64,000 bases of DNA from NCBI RefSeq assembly GCF_001194135.2, contig NC_068982.1, positions 156,344,426 through 156,408,425 on the forward strand, given 5' to 3'. Below the pieces are notes generated by a model that saw nothing but the letters and a program-made list of their open reading frames with translations, did no database searches and had not been told where the DNA came from. This stretch comes from Octopus bimaculoides. Lineage: Eukaryota. This document shows, piece after piece, positions 1-12,739 of the stretch; the first letter of the stretch is position 1; each line of letters begins with the position of its first letter. The position numbers were made by a program, and so were the translations under genes.

Positions 1-42
<42 letters not shown>

Positions 43-63
43 GCACATGCATAAACACACACA

Positions 64-135
64 TATTTCAGATTCTGCCTACCAAATTCACTCACAAGTG
101 CCATAGTAGAAAATACATGCCCAAGGTGTTGGGAA
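64..135 (-). mobile_element. SINE family B (CORE-type) internal fragment
   Basis: Reverse complement contains ttgtgagtgaatttggtaggcagaatctgaaa, similar to ttgtgagtggatttggtagacggaaactaaaa in the copy at 25504-25878. Confidence 0.55.
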
Positions 136-1230
136 GTTAACTATACTCTCCAAATATATATTTGTGATATACTTAGACTCGACTATCCCGTTATCTAAGT
201 AACGTCACAGATGAGCTCCATATCTTTCATTGCCAGAGTGAGTGATGTTTCTTGTCCTTCATCTTACACCGAAAAAGAAGTTTCTTTTGTCATATAGGTT
301 GCACATTAGCAAATGCTGAAGTAACAAATCAATTATCAAGCGACAATTCAACCACTGTTACAGTCATTCTCAGTCACGAAAAAGGCAAAAATACTCAAAT
401 ATATCTCACAGCAATTAAAATGATCTAACCTTTCTTTGAACTCCCTAGAAGAGTAATCCGACGCACAACATTGCAGCTCATAGGACAGATCAAAATTTCT
501 AATGAACACATCAGTAACTGTTTTCCGACACGGGTCATTAACGGAGTTTAGATTTTAAAATATCAACCATTCAGAGTTTCCTTACTTTAACGAAGAGAGC
601 AAATTGAAACAAGAAAACGACGTTAAGTATGAACAGTAATTATCCAAAATGTATTACATGCCAGCGCAGACGGAATTTGGAATAAATTTTATGAGCTCCT
701 TAATTTTCAACAACTAAATATAGCGTTTCTGATTCTGTAATCAGAAATCACAAATTACAGCTTGGTACTACTTATCTGAACATAAAGCATCGAGATTTTA
801 GGATTCTTCAATAACGGCAATAAGGAAAAAGAAATACTTCAAAGTTTTCTATATACTTTAGGGAAGACAGAGATTAGTTTTCATATCGTTATGAATACTT
901 TTATCTCTTTAGCTGTCCAGGTATATTGTGTAGTTAATTAGAGGCGACAAAACACGCAATCTCACACGCATTGACAGAGAGAGAGAAGGAGATAGAGAGA
1001 GAGAGAGAGGGAGATAGAGAGAGAGAGAGAGGGAGATAGAGAGAGAGAGAGAGAGAGGGAGATAGAGAGAGAGAGAGAGGGAGATAGAGAGAGAGAGAGA
1101 GAGTGGAAATCGCATATAAATATATGTGTGTGTTTGTGTGTGTATATACACACACAGGCACACATACATACACGCAAACACACGCACACACACGCAAACA
1201 CACACGCATACACACACACACACACACACA

Positions 1231-1311
1231 TATCGAGTGGCACCTCGGAAGTGGTAAAGATCTATCTATCTGTATATATATATATGTATATATATATATG
1301 TGTATGTATGC

Positions 1312-1388
<77 letters not shown>

Positions 1389-1396
1389 CATACATC

Positions 1397-1430
<34 letters not shown>

Positions 1431-1472
1431 CAGATAGATAGATCTTTACCACTTCCGAGGTGCCGCTCGATA
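1231..1472. repeat. Inverted repeat with 42-bp unique arms around a TA-rich spacer
   Basis: 1231-1272 and 1431-1472 are reverse complements at 41/42 positions; flanking (CA)n and (TG)n tracts extend the symmetry. Confidence 0.9.
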
Positions 1473-1944
1473 TGTGTGTGTGTATCTGTGTATGTATATA
1501 TATATATATATATATACATCTGTATGTGTGAGTGTATATATACATTTACGTGTGTGTATGTATGGTGTCAGAGAGGGGTGTCGATGTAAAATAGCGGTAG
1601 ATAAATAAATACATAAATAAATATATTCTGTTAATCACTTTATATTTTTATACTGATAAACACAAATACATACACGCACGTACACACGTGCACACAGAAC
1701 TCACACATATGTACAGATACGCACACATGCATCACCGGAGCAGAAACTGGTATGTGTTGTCACTATAGAAAATCAAACATATATTTGCAAGAAAATGCGC
1801 TGTGGAGTACTAATGCATTTCCAACAGCAGTAGTAGCACTGGAGTCTAGATGTTAAAAAGTATTTTATGAACACACACACGCGCATAGACTACTGCAGGA
1901 GTACGCACCTTCACGCACGCACAAACACACACACACACGTATTA

Positions 1945-1980
<36 letters not shown>

Positions 1981-2879
1981 NNNNNNNNNNNNNNNNNNNN
2001 NNNNNNNNNNNNNNNNNNNNNNNNNNNNNNNNNNNNNNNNNNNNNNNNNNNNNNNNNNNNNNNNNNNNNNNNNNNNNNNNNNNNNNNNNNNNNNNNNNNN
2101 NNNNNNNNNNNNNNNNNNNNNNNNNNNNNNNNNNNNNNNNNNNNNNNNNNNNNNNNNNNNNNNNNNNNNNNNNNNNNNNNNNNNNNNNNNNNNNNNNNNN
2201 NNNNNNNNNNNNNNNNNNNNNNNNNNNNNNNNNNNNNNNNNNNNNNNNNNNNNNNNNNNNNNNNNNNNNNNNNNNNNNNNNNNNNNNNNNNNNNNNNNNN
2301 NNNNNNNNNNNNNNNNNNNNNNNNNNNNNNNNNNNNNNNNNNNNNNNNNNNNNNNNNNNNNNNNNNNNNNNNNNNNNNNNNNNNNNNNNNNNNNNNNNNN
2401 NNNNNNNNNNNNNNNNNNNNNNNNNNNNNNNNNNNNNNNNNNNNNNNNNATATGTATATATGTATGTATGTATGTATGTATATACAAGATATTAATGAGT
2501 CTGTGGTGTATTCATATATTTGTGTCCGTATATAAAACGAGAATTACCATGAACATTAACGTGTGAAGTGGGAGGAAAATACATGTAAACAAACAAAATA
2601 CGTACCACACACACACGCACACACACAACACACATACAAACATGTGATGTATCTATGTATATATATATAGATACATACAAACATACATAGATATAAGTGC
2701 GTGTGTGTGTATGTGTATGGGTGTGTGTGTGTGTAGGCATATACGTAACTAAAAATATGCACACGTACGTGCCTATATATATAGTAAATTTACTTTATTC
2801 GTTGGTGTAAACGATTGTAAATAGATATTTTAAAAATTCATATACTTGTAGATATCCGCTTATAAATTGATTTTTTTCG

Positions 2880-2910
<31 letters not shown>

Positions 2911-3112
2911 GTGTGTGTGTGTGTGTGTGTGTCTGTGTGCGTGTGTGTAGGGGGTGCGTATGCGTTAAAATAGAAGACAGATACGTAGAAAAAATACACA
3001 TATTTATATATACATACGGACATATATGTATGAATACACACAGACACACACACACATATATATACTCATATATACACACATATACACACAGACACACAGA
3101 CACGCACACACA

Positions 3113-3158
<46 letters not shown>

Positions 3159-3368
3159 ATTATGTAAGTAAATAATGTGTATACATGTGCGTGCAGGGTT
3201 ATATATTGAAGGAAGTCTATATACGTTGATGTCATAAAAGAGAGTTTTAGCCTCGTGCTAACTCTGAAAGGGAGATGCAATTAACAGTCTAAAGAAAATA
3301 TAACCCGTCCCCCACACAAATCACCAGATATAAGGACGCACGTACATATACACGATACACACACAAGC

Positions 3369-3399
<31 letters not shown>

Positions 3400-3510
3400 C
3401 ATACGTATGTGTGTATGTCTCTCTGTCTATTTCTTCTTCTTCTTCTTCTTCTTCTTCTTCTTCTTCTTCTTCTTCTTCTTTTCCTTCTTCTTCTTCTTCT
3501 TTTTCTTCTC

Positions 3511-3552
<42 letters not shown>

Positions 3553-3715
3553 ATGTGTAGAAATATATATACTTATATATATATGTATACGCATATATAT
3601 ATATATATTTATGTGTATAAATATATATATATTTGTTGTGTGTGTGTATATATACATATATATATCTACATATATACGTACACACACACATGTATGTATA
3701 AATATGTATACACAG

Positions 3716-3753
<38 letters not shown>

Positions 3754-4824
3754 CATATTCTTGCACATATATTATATACGTATGAATATTTGTACATATA
3801 TGTATTTACATATAAAGGGAAATACACACACGCACTTGCACGCGTGCACACAAAAACATGCACTTACACAGTTCCGCTTATACACACTGAGGAAATAAAG
3901 AAGATGGTCTCGGTGAATGCAGTAGCGAATAAAACATATGACACATACAGAGATACGTAGAAATTTAGGCTTCGTAATATTTCTAGTGAAGTAATGAAAC
4001 AATCTACTGATTACGCACACACGCACACCTCACACATGCACACACATAATACGTACGCTCTGGTAGGCACGTGTGTCTGTAAGGAAGTAGTTATGTATAT
4101 ATATATATATATATNNNNNNNNNNNNNNNNNNNNNNNNNNNNNNNNNNNNNNNNNNNNNNNNNNNNNNNNNNNNNNNNNNNNNNNNNNNNNNNNNNNNNN
4201 NNNNNNNNNNNNNNNNNNNNNNNNNNNNNNNNNNNNNNNNNNNNNNNNNNNNNNNNNNNNNNNNNNNNNNNNNNNNNNNNNNNNNNNNNNNNNNNNNNNN
4301 NNNNNNNNNNNNNNNNNNNNNNNNNNNNNNNNNNNNNNNNNNNNNNNNNNNNNNNNNNNNNNNNNNNNNNNNNNNNNNNNNNNNNNNNNNNNNNNNNNNN
4401 NNNNNNNNNNNNNNNNNNNNNNNNNNNNNNNNNNNNNNNNNNNNNNNNNNNNNNNNNNNNNNNNNNNNNNNNNNNNNNNNNNNNNNNNNNNNNNNNNNNN
4501 NNNNNNNNNNNNNNNNNNNNNNNNNNNNNNNNNNNNNNNNNNNNNNNNNNNNNNNNNNNNNNNNNNNNNNNNNNNNNNNNNNNNNNNNNNNNNNNNNNNN
4601 NNNNNNNNNNNNNNNNNNNNNNNNNNNNNNNNNNNNNNNNNNNNNNNNNNNNNNNNNNNNNNNNNNNNNNNNNNNNNNNNNNNNNNNNNNNNNNNNNNNN
4701 NNNNNNNNNNNNNNNNNNNNNNNNNNNNNNNNNNNNNNNNNNNNNNNNNNNNNNNNNNNNNNNNNNNNNNNNNNNNNNNNNNNNNNNNNNNNNNNNNNNN
4801 NNNNNNNNNNNNNNNNNNNNNNNN

Positions 4825-4988
4825 TATCTGCACATATACATACATACAAACGTACATACATCCATATGTACATATATACAAAAATACCCTCCTGTTGATG
4901 CTGAAATTCCAATGAAAGAGCCTTGGATCAAGTTTGGAAACCAGCTCTAACTCTATTGGCAAGAAATCTTGGAAGAAAACTGAGTAAT
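4825..4988 (+). mobile_element. 3' UTR fragment of the (ATAC)n-associated R4/Dong-like LINE family
   Basis: gttgatgctgaaattccaatgaaagagccttggatc...ctctattggcaagaaatcttg matches the sequence downstream of the REL ORF end at 55630-56050 (minus). Confidence 0.7.
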
Positions 4989-5078
4989 TACACACACAAA
5001 CACAGACACACAGACACACAGACACACACAAACACACACACACACAAACACACACACAAAAACACACAAACACACACA

Positions 5079-5116
<38 letters not shown>

Positions 5117-5167
5117 CCCACACGTATATGTATATAATAATCATCTATATATTTACATGTATTGTTA

Positions 5168-5200
5168 CTGCGTCGGTTACGACGACGAGCGTTCATTGAT
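5168..5200 (-). mobile_element. Short tail fragment, probably SINE family C
   Basis: gcgtcggttacgacgacgagcgttc resembles my recollection of this family's tail; the link cannot be verified within the window. Confidence 0.3.
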
Positions 5201-5419
5201 TGCACACAATCTGCCCTGTTCGACTCTTTTTCTGAATTTTTTTAAATTGTAAAGGTAATTTATGGACAGCTTGTATATATGTATACAAATGTATATACAG
5301 AGCTACACATGTTCATAATTATAACTGATTTTTGTGTCTGTATCAACATGTTTCCGTTTGCGTATGATGTCTTCCTTTATATACTTGATTGAGAGCATAT
5401 GTTTGACGGGCGTGCTGTG

Positions 5420-5451
<32 letters not shown>

Positions 5452-5811
5452 CACGAGTGCCTTTGTGTTACCTATTGTGCTCTTTATAAGTCCTTTTGTT
5501 CTCTTGGTTTCGGAGCTTATTTGGTTTAATTAGCAAAAAATTATAGTATTAAAAAGCGGGGATTACACTTCAACAACGATTAGCTGTATTCTCTGCTGTC
5601 ACACTGGTCACTGTTTGCAGATGTGCTCTTTTGGTGTTGTCGATATACCTCTCGCCCTCTCTCTCTCTCTCTTCGTCTCCCTATGTGTGGGTGTGTAAAT
5701 GTGTGTCTGTGTATGGGTGTGTGAACCTTTGTGTGTGCGTGTATGTGTGTGTGTGTGCGTGTATCTTTGTGCGTGCATATGTGTAGAGTGCGTATGCGTA
5801 TGTATAGAGTC

Positions 5812-7080
5812 TCTGATGTTGTTGGATGCCATGAGAGTTTCACCTGAAGGAAATGAATAGGGGAGTTTCAGGGTATCCTCTTTTCCGAAGTGGATTAACT
5901 CAAAATTGTCCTCGTTCAGCAGCATATTGTTCTTTTTCGCCTATTCAATGACTGTCAGTACATCTGACTGAAGTCATGCTCAGTCACCCACTTCATTGGT
6001 GACCTGGATCTTGGAATCATCTGCAAAGATTCTTATGTTACTGTGCTTGATGATGTCAGAAATGTCATTGATGTAGATGATGAAAAGGAGTGGGCTCAAC
6101 ACAGTGCCTTGTGGAACCCACTACTGACTTTGGCTGGGCTTCATTTTACTCCTTCGACTACAACGTGTTGGGTTCTTCCTGTCAGAAAACACTTGATCCG
6201 TTGTCGTAACTTTCCAATGTGTGATAGGTTTTTCAAGAGGATCTTATGATCCATCCTGTCAAAAGCGTTGTTGAAATCAAGGTAGACGACATCAGCATTC
6301 GAGCCCTCCCGCAAAGCTCTCAAAATGTCATCAAAGTGATGCAGGAGCTGCGTTAGGCAATTCCTTACGGGACCCATGTTGATTGGGATTCAGCAATCTG
6401 TTGCTTTCAAGAAAGTGGATTATCCGTGATCTCACCACCCTCTCAAATACTCCGATGATATGAGAGGTGAGCGAGATCGGCCGGTAGTTCACTGCAAGGG
6501 GTTTGTTTCACTTTTTGAAACCTGAGACAGATTAGCAAGAGGAGATGCAAGTTGGTGTCGGCACACTTTCAGGACACAAGCAGGGGACCTATCAGGGCCT
6601 ACCGATGAAATGTGTTTGATTTCTTTTATTGCCGCTAAGACATAAGGGGCGCCAAACATTATGTCCGATATAGTATGTTGAGGATTAACAACAATGATAC
6701 TATCCAGATCGGCCATATCAGGATTGCTAAAAACAAGGCAGTACAGTTTCTGCAGTACCTCACTCATGGTTTTGGCATTATCTTTGAGATTGCTATTTTC
6801 ATCAATTAGAGGGTCAACAGTGGAGACAGTGACCTTGTGTTTTTTCGCAAAAGAAAAGAACACTTTGGGGTTGATTTTGATTTTCTCAACGGCCCATTTC
6901 TCCTCAGCTGTTCTTTGGTTATTGATGATGGTCATCATGCATTGTTGGAGATTATATGTTTTTGATTCGAGCAGGGTGATAGTCGTCGAATTTATGTGCG
7001 GCTGATGGCAGTATTTTAGTTTGTTCTTTTTATATTTCTGATAATCGTTTTTCTGTTTTGGGGAATTCTGCACTTAGTTT
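5812..7080 (-). pseudogene. Degraded CR1/L2-group LINE reverse transcriptase
   Basis: Minus-strand ORF pieces: KINPKVFFSFAKK; ADVVYLDFNNAFDRMDHKILL; IKCFLTGRTQHVVVEGVK; LLNEDNFELIHFGK. The VPQG..LGP and FADD regions are visible in the DNA (ggcactgtgttgagccca; tttgcagatgattcc). Broken by frameshifts. Confidence 0.9.
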
Positions 7081-7116
7081 TCTTCACATGTCTTGGTGGG
7101 GTGTGTTTAGCACATA

Positions 7117-7151
<35 letters not shown>

Positions 7152-9300
7152 TACATGTATGTATATGTGTGTGTGTATACTGATTGTAAGACCTGTATTT
7201 TCCTTATTAAACGAAAAGCGTTACAAGAGAACGGATTTTATTAGCACCATATCAGAGTCACATGACTAGTTTTAATGGACCAATTCGTGATGTATATATG
7301 ACAATATAAAAGCAAATGAGTGGCAGTCTCCTGAAAAGCCAGGGACGAGAAACTCTGACGTAGCGATTCACAGATACAAAACTTTTAACAATAAAAGGAT
7401 CTTTGTATGGTATACATATATATGTATATATTGTTACACACACACACACACATATATATATGTGTGTGTGTGTGTGAGTGTTTGTGTAAGTGTTTATATG
7501 TGTAAGTTTGAATATGTGTTTATTTGTAATGGAGAACTGCTAGTCGGATTTGACAGTTGAGAGAATAAATATAGTTATCTCCCTTGATTAATTATTACAC
7601 ATCAGGAATTTACTGCTTTTTTTTCCCCACCATATTTTTATTTTTTTATCGTATTATGTTAACTTTCACAATTCCGCTCCCTGAAATCTTCCATAAATGA
7701 TTAATCTAGAAACATTTATTGAAGCAACTTTTTTGTCACGATGAACAAAATACGTGCCGATATGAAGACATAATTTAAGAGTACAATACATATAATTCTA
7801 TCTGAGGCATCGAGGGCAAATGACATACACATGCACACACACACACACATGTATATATATATATATATATATAGATATAGTAGTAAAAATATATGGAATA
7901 CAAAAAGCAGAAGTAAAAAAAAAAAAGCTCAAAAGCGCCTGTAATGANNNNNNNNNNAACGTATACACGCATAAACACACATATACAAACATATATATAT
8001 TTATAAATACGCATATAAAAGGGAGACAGGAAAAAAGATGAGTAAAGGATGAAAGTTTGACAAAAAAACCAAAAAAAAACGAAAAGTATATATATATATA
8101 TATATATAGATATAGTAGTAAAAATATATGGAATACAAAAAGCAGAAGTAAAAAAAAAAAAGCTCAAAAGCGCCTGTAATGAAAGAGCGAAGGAGAAAAA
8201 GTAGTGGGGGTGGAGCGGTGGGGGTAGGGTTGAGAGAAGGTAGTGATAATGAATGAAAAAACTGTGGAATATATATATATATAAAACCATGAAGTAAATT
8301 AGTTTAAAAATCTGCTTTGTATAATAAGACGACACAGAATGATGGTTTTTATCTGTTGAAATACATTGATTCTAGCTGCAGAAAATTTCATATATTTACT
8401 TCGATAATACTCTTGATAATACCTTTATAATAATTCTGCCTTCGTCGGTATTTTCGTCATCATTCAACCTAGTCGTCATCATACTCACACTCGTCGTCGT
8501 TGTCGTCATCAGTATCACGATCATCGCCAACATCACCAACATTACCGTCATCGTCACCATCGTTGTCGTCGTCGTCGTCGTCGTGGTCGTAATCGTCATC
8601 GCCTACGTCATTGTAATCAACTTCCAATTCCTTCCTTCTTCTTCTTCTCCTCCCTTCTCCCCCTTCTCCCCCTTCCCCTTCTCATTTTCATCATCTCCAT
8701 TCCTAGACTTGATCATCATCATTACCTCGATGATGATGTTCATGGCGATCATGATGACTCCACACCGTTCATAATCATCAATTCTTCACCACCACCACTA
8801 CCACCACCACCACCACCAACACCACCAACACCACCATTGACGCCGCCACCGCCATCACTACCACTACCAAATATTCCTGATATTTTTTCACAATCTTTTT
8901 CATTACTTCTCCTTGCACTCCACGTCTTCGTTTTCGTTGTTGTTGTACAGGAACTCTTGTTGTTGACGCGATTAAAATTTTGTAAAGTCTTTTAATAATG
9001 TTATTGATGATTGAGAAGAAATTTCTGATGAAGTCCTCTACACAAATCACGTCATCACACGGAGAAAACTAAAAATCTCTCATGTCTTTCATAGTCTTTT
9101 TGTTTTTCTTCTGTTTGTTTTTGGTTCTCTTTTTCGCTTTGTTATGCATCTCAACGTTATGCTGTTTTCTTTCCCATACTTCGTCATTATTGCATCAGCA
9201 ATATTTAAACAATGCATACCTTAGAATGTTGCAGTGTATATTAGGCAAATATTTATTATCAATTGTCATAATCATGAAAGCGACTAACAAAATGTTGAAC

Positions 9301-9470
9301 TTTATTCGTTTGTCACCTTTTCGTTCTGAGTTCAAATCTTACCGAGGTAGATTTAGCATTTTATACTTGCTTGGCCAATAAAATAAATTACATTTCTAGT
9401 TCTACTTCGGTAGTATCGAATAATTCCTCTCAAATTCGCCTGGCATTGTGCCTAAATCAGAAACAAGTAT
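9301..9470 (+). mobile_element. SINE family A, old degraded copy
   Basis: gttctgagttcaaat...ccgaggtagatttagc and tail ctggcattgtgcctaaatcagaaac align loosely to the intact copies. Confidence 0.55.
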
Positions 9471-9477
9471 CCTAGTT

Positions 9478-9632
9478 GTAGTTGTTGTTGTTGTTGTTGT
9501 TGTTGTTGTTCTTCTTCTTCTTCTTCTTCTTCTTCTTCTTCTTCTTCTTCTTCTTCTTCTTCTTCTTCTTCTTCTTCTTCTTCTTCTTCTTCTTCTTCTT
9601 CTTCTTCTTTTTCTTCTTCTTCTTATTATTAT
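9478..9632. repeat. Compound microsatellite (GTT)n(CTT)n(ATT)n
   Basis: Directly visible. Confidence 0.95.
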
Positions 9633-9633
9633 T

Positions 9634-9856
9634 AAAGAGACGAGCTGGCAGAATCATTAGCACACTGTCTGAAATGCTTAGCGGCATTTCGTCCGTCCTT
9701 ACGTTCTCAGTTCAAATTCCTCCGAGGTCGACATTGCCTTTCATCCTTTCGGGGTCGATGAATTAAGTACCAGCGAAACATTGGGGACGATGTAATTAAC
9801 TACTTCCCTCCCACCAAATTTCAGGTCATATGCTTTTAGTAGAAAGGATCATTATT
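9634..9856 (+). mobile_element. tRNA-derived SINE family A (tail type A2)
   Basis: Head gagctggcagaatc, B-box-like agttcaaattcc, core gtcgacattgcctttcatcctttcggggtcgatgaattaagtacc, tail gtagaaaggatcattatt. Confidence 0.85.
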
Positions 9857-9939
9857 TAAAAGCTATTACATGCAATTTAATAAGCAAGGAAGTTTGTTGA
9901 AAACAATTCTCCTGAAATCTCCAGAATCTTTCTTTGGAT

Positions 9940-10740
9940 TATTGCAAGCCAACAATTCCAGTGACCTTGAGCCTCTTAAGTAGAAGTTTCAATTTGCCTG
10001 TACCAGAGAAACAATTGCCAACTTTGTGTTCCACAATCTTTTCAACTCTTTCGATAGGATCTAATAGTTCCCAATGTTCTTAAATTCTTTGATATCCACT
10101 TTTCTAGAATAAAGCATTGTAAAGTCTATGATCTTACATTCAAACTTTATCCCGTAAAATCCCCTCACCGAGTTTTGATCATATTATTAGTTTTTATTGC
10201 TCACCATCACAACCTGTGTCTCGTGTTCATACCGTTTTTCTCTCACTTCAAATCCTCCAGTCTGGGTACCAGCTCAATGCTCTCTTCTCCTGATAGTTAT
10301 GTGTATGCTTATACTCTCTTTCTGTGTTAGCTTATATCATACACTTAAGAGAAAATTAATACTTTCCTACACTTTCTACAGATTCTGTATTTGTTCTCTC
10401 TAATTTTATTATTTTTTGTTTCGATCTAGTTCCTTCTAATAGCTGGTTCCTGGGCAGCTATAATGAGCAATTCAGTTTCTCGCTGCAGGTTTCCAAGTGT
10501 CATGCGTTCTTACATGAATTGGTCATGTAATTCCTTTTCTTTCTGAGATTTTGTCCCATCATTTTTATTTCAAAATGTCAATAACGCTTTAGACATTTCT
10601 GGCTGCAGATGATATTTTCTCTTGAATACCATAGATTCTGAAACCCAATACCGTCGCACTAATAGTATCTTCTGTGTTTTTAAATAATCATCTGCCTCCT
10701 TCCATCTATGATAAGCAGAGCCTGTGAATATTACTTTGCT
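9940..10740 (-). pseudogene. R4/Dong-like non-LTR retrotransposon relic (C-terminal RT to REL endonuclease)
   Basis: Minus translation gives EKELHDQF and KIIDFTMLYSRKVDIKEFKNIGNY*ILSKELKRLWNTKLAIV, resembling R4-clade EK.LHGQF and IID..P...EK..KY..L..E..RLW. Confidence 0.65.
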
Positions 10741-10974
10741 GTGTGTGTGTGCGTGTGTGCGTGTGTGTGTGTGTGTGTTTCTTTTCGTGTTATTATTTTT
10801 ACTGTATTGGAAGTGATTTATGTAGGATGTGTGTATTGCTTAGCCATATTATTTTCTGAATGTTATACATATTCGTAAGTCCTGTTGTTTTGGTTATGTG
10901 TTTGTTCGTATGTTTTATAACCATACTTAATGCAAGTATTATTATAGGTATTATTTCTGCTTGCAGCCTCCACA

Positions 10975-11860
10975 TTCGGGTTTTATTTCCAGATCTTTGT
11001 ATTTTGAGAGTTTCTCTTTGTTTTAGAGATACAGTGTTATCTGTTGGAGCTGATATGTTGATTAAGTGGCAATTTTTACTTGGCTGTCTCTGGCGACAGT
11101 ATTTAGCCTATTAGCATTGGTCTGTCTATCTCTGCATGTTGGCACATCCCAGAGTTTGACGGCTTTGTCATTTTCTAAGACCTTTCCTGGGGTACACTTT
11201 TACCATTTTCTGTTAACATTCCATAGTCTTGTCACAGTTCCCAGTGTATATAGGTCCCAGTTCTGTTTTATCTATGGATTTATTCTTTCTTAGCCAGGAC
11301 TGAGCAGCCACAGACAACATAATTTATTGTTTATTCCTCATTACCTCATATTCTGCAATTACCTATTGTACTATTCTTCATTGTTTGAATTTGCTAGTGG
11401 GGAGGTTTTGATCTTATGTCACAATTATAAACCCTTCAGTCCTTGTTTTGAGTCCTTAGCTTCTCAACCACTTTTGGGATTTTACTTTGTCTATTTCTTT
11501 TCTGTTTAACTTATCCCAGTTTTTGTCATAAAAGGGTTTTTCTTGCCATTGTTTTATCAAGGTATCTTGTAGTTCCAGATTTAGCTTGGGTTTTAATTAC
11601 CTCACAGCTTTTGTTGTTTCTTCTTTTCTGTCATAGATGTCAGTTATGACCTCTTCCTTGTATTTTCGGCTTTCTTGAAAAACCAGAAATAGATTTTTAT
11701 TTTTTTCATGATTCGTGACTATTTGTACCAGTGTTATTGGTCCTGAGTTAGATATTTCTGTAGTCATATGGTGAATATTTTATAGTAATTTTGTCGTTGT
11801 ATAAGAAATCTACCACCTTCGATTCGTTATGTATATCTGAGCTAGGTAGCAACCAGCCCC
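10975..11860 (-). pseudogene. R4/Dong-like LINE relic
   Basis: Minus translation with frameshifts: KQWQEK; WLRS*GLKTRTEGFII; GTYIHWEL; LENDKAVKLWDVP; NISAPTDNTVSLKQREKLSKYKDLEIK. Confidence 0.8.
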
Positions 11861-11895
<35 letters not shown>

Positions 11896-12600
11896 TCTCT
11901 TTATCACGGGTTTTGTTGGAGCTTCTGGAGTCTTACATGCTTAGCGGGCTTGCTACCTGCAGCCTACGGTACCATGCTATCCATTCTTATCGGCTATTTA
12001 ATACTTTCCTGATTACTCTGGTCGTGCCAACGAGGCAAACCTTTTGTAACAATTCTATTGGGCACTCAATTTCAATTTCCTTTATATTCCCCGTGATGCC
12101 TCCTGATACTGTTCCCAAGATCCAACAATAATTGGCACTATCTTCCCTTTCTTCATTTTCTATAGCCGGGTTATTTCGTACTTAAGAGGCTTGTATTTAT
12201 CTATCTTTCCGCCTTCCTTCTTGAGTATTCGTGGGTCAAAGGGGAATGCAATGTCAACTATATAGCATACGTGGTGCACCTTGTCCACCACAACTATGTC
12301 CAGTCTGTTACGCTCTAGCACCTGATCTGTTTGGATTGGGAAATCTCAGAGGATTTTATAAGTCTCCGACTCCACCATTCTCTGCGGTTTGTGCTCATAT
12401 CACGTCCTGCCTCTCTTTATCTCCAACTTGTCGAACAGTTTCCAGTGTAGCACTTTCGCTACCTGATCATGTCACTACAACCTGTAGTGGTTTTGGTCAA
12501 GTCTAGAGCATTCGTTCATGGTATGGGCAATAGTTTCATCCACTCTATTGCAGATGCAGCACAGCGGAGAGACTTGCTCAATCCTAAGGTTGACTCTCTT
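11896..12600 (-). pseudogene. R4/Dong-like LINE 3' end (CCHC zinc knuckle plus REL endonuclease) ending in (TAA)n
   Basis: Minus translation: PLCCICNRVDETIAHTMNECSRL; HDQVAKVLHWKL; YEHKPQ; DFPIQTDQVLERNRLDIVVVD; IVDIAFPFD; KIDKYKPLKYEITRL; IVPIIVG. (TTA)n at 11862-11895 forms the tail. Confidence 0.9.
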
Positions 12601-12643
12601 ATCATTATTATCATTATTATCATTATTATCATCATCATCATCG

Positions 12644-12739
<96 letters not shown>
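12601..12739. repeat. Compound microsatellite (ATT/ATC)n(GTC)n(ATC)n
   Basis: Directly visible. Confidence 0.95.

Noticed and set aside
909-5252. Many 60-390 aa ORFs rich in YI, CV, HT or X
   Set aside because: They are translations of dinucleotide repeats and N gaps; the same applies to similar ORFs throughout the window.
7325-7368. Possible decayed hammerhead (agtctc CTGAAAA gcc...GAAAC tctgac GTA gcgatt)
   Set aside because: G8 is missing, helix II does not pair and helix I has mismatches; too weak without a family consensus.
7871-8182. Near-identical ~77-bp direct repeat (7871-7947 and about 8107-8182)
   Set aside because: The first copy ends exactly at a small N gap, so it is most likely a scaffolding or haplotype overlap artefact.
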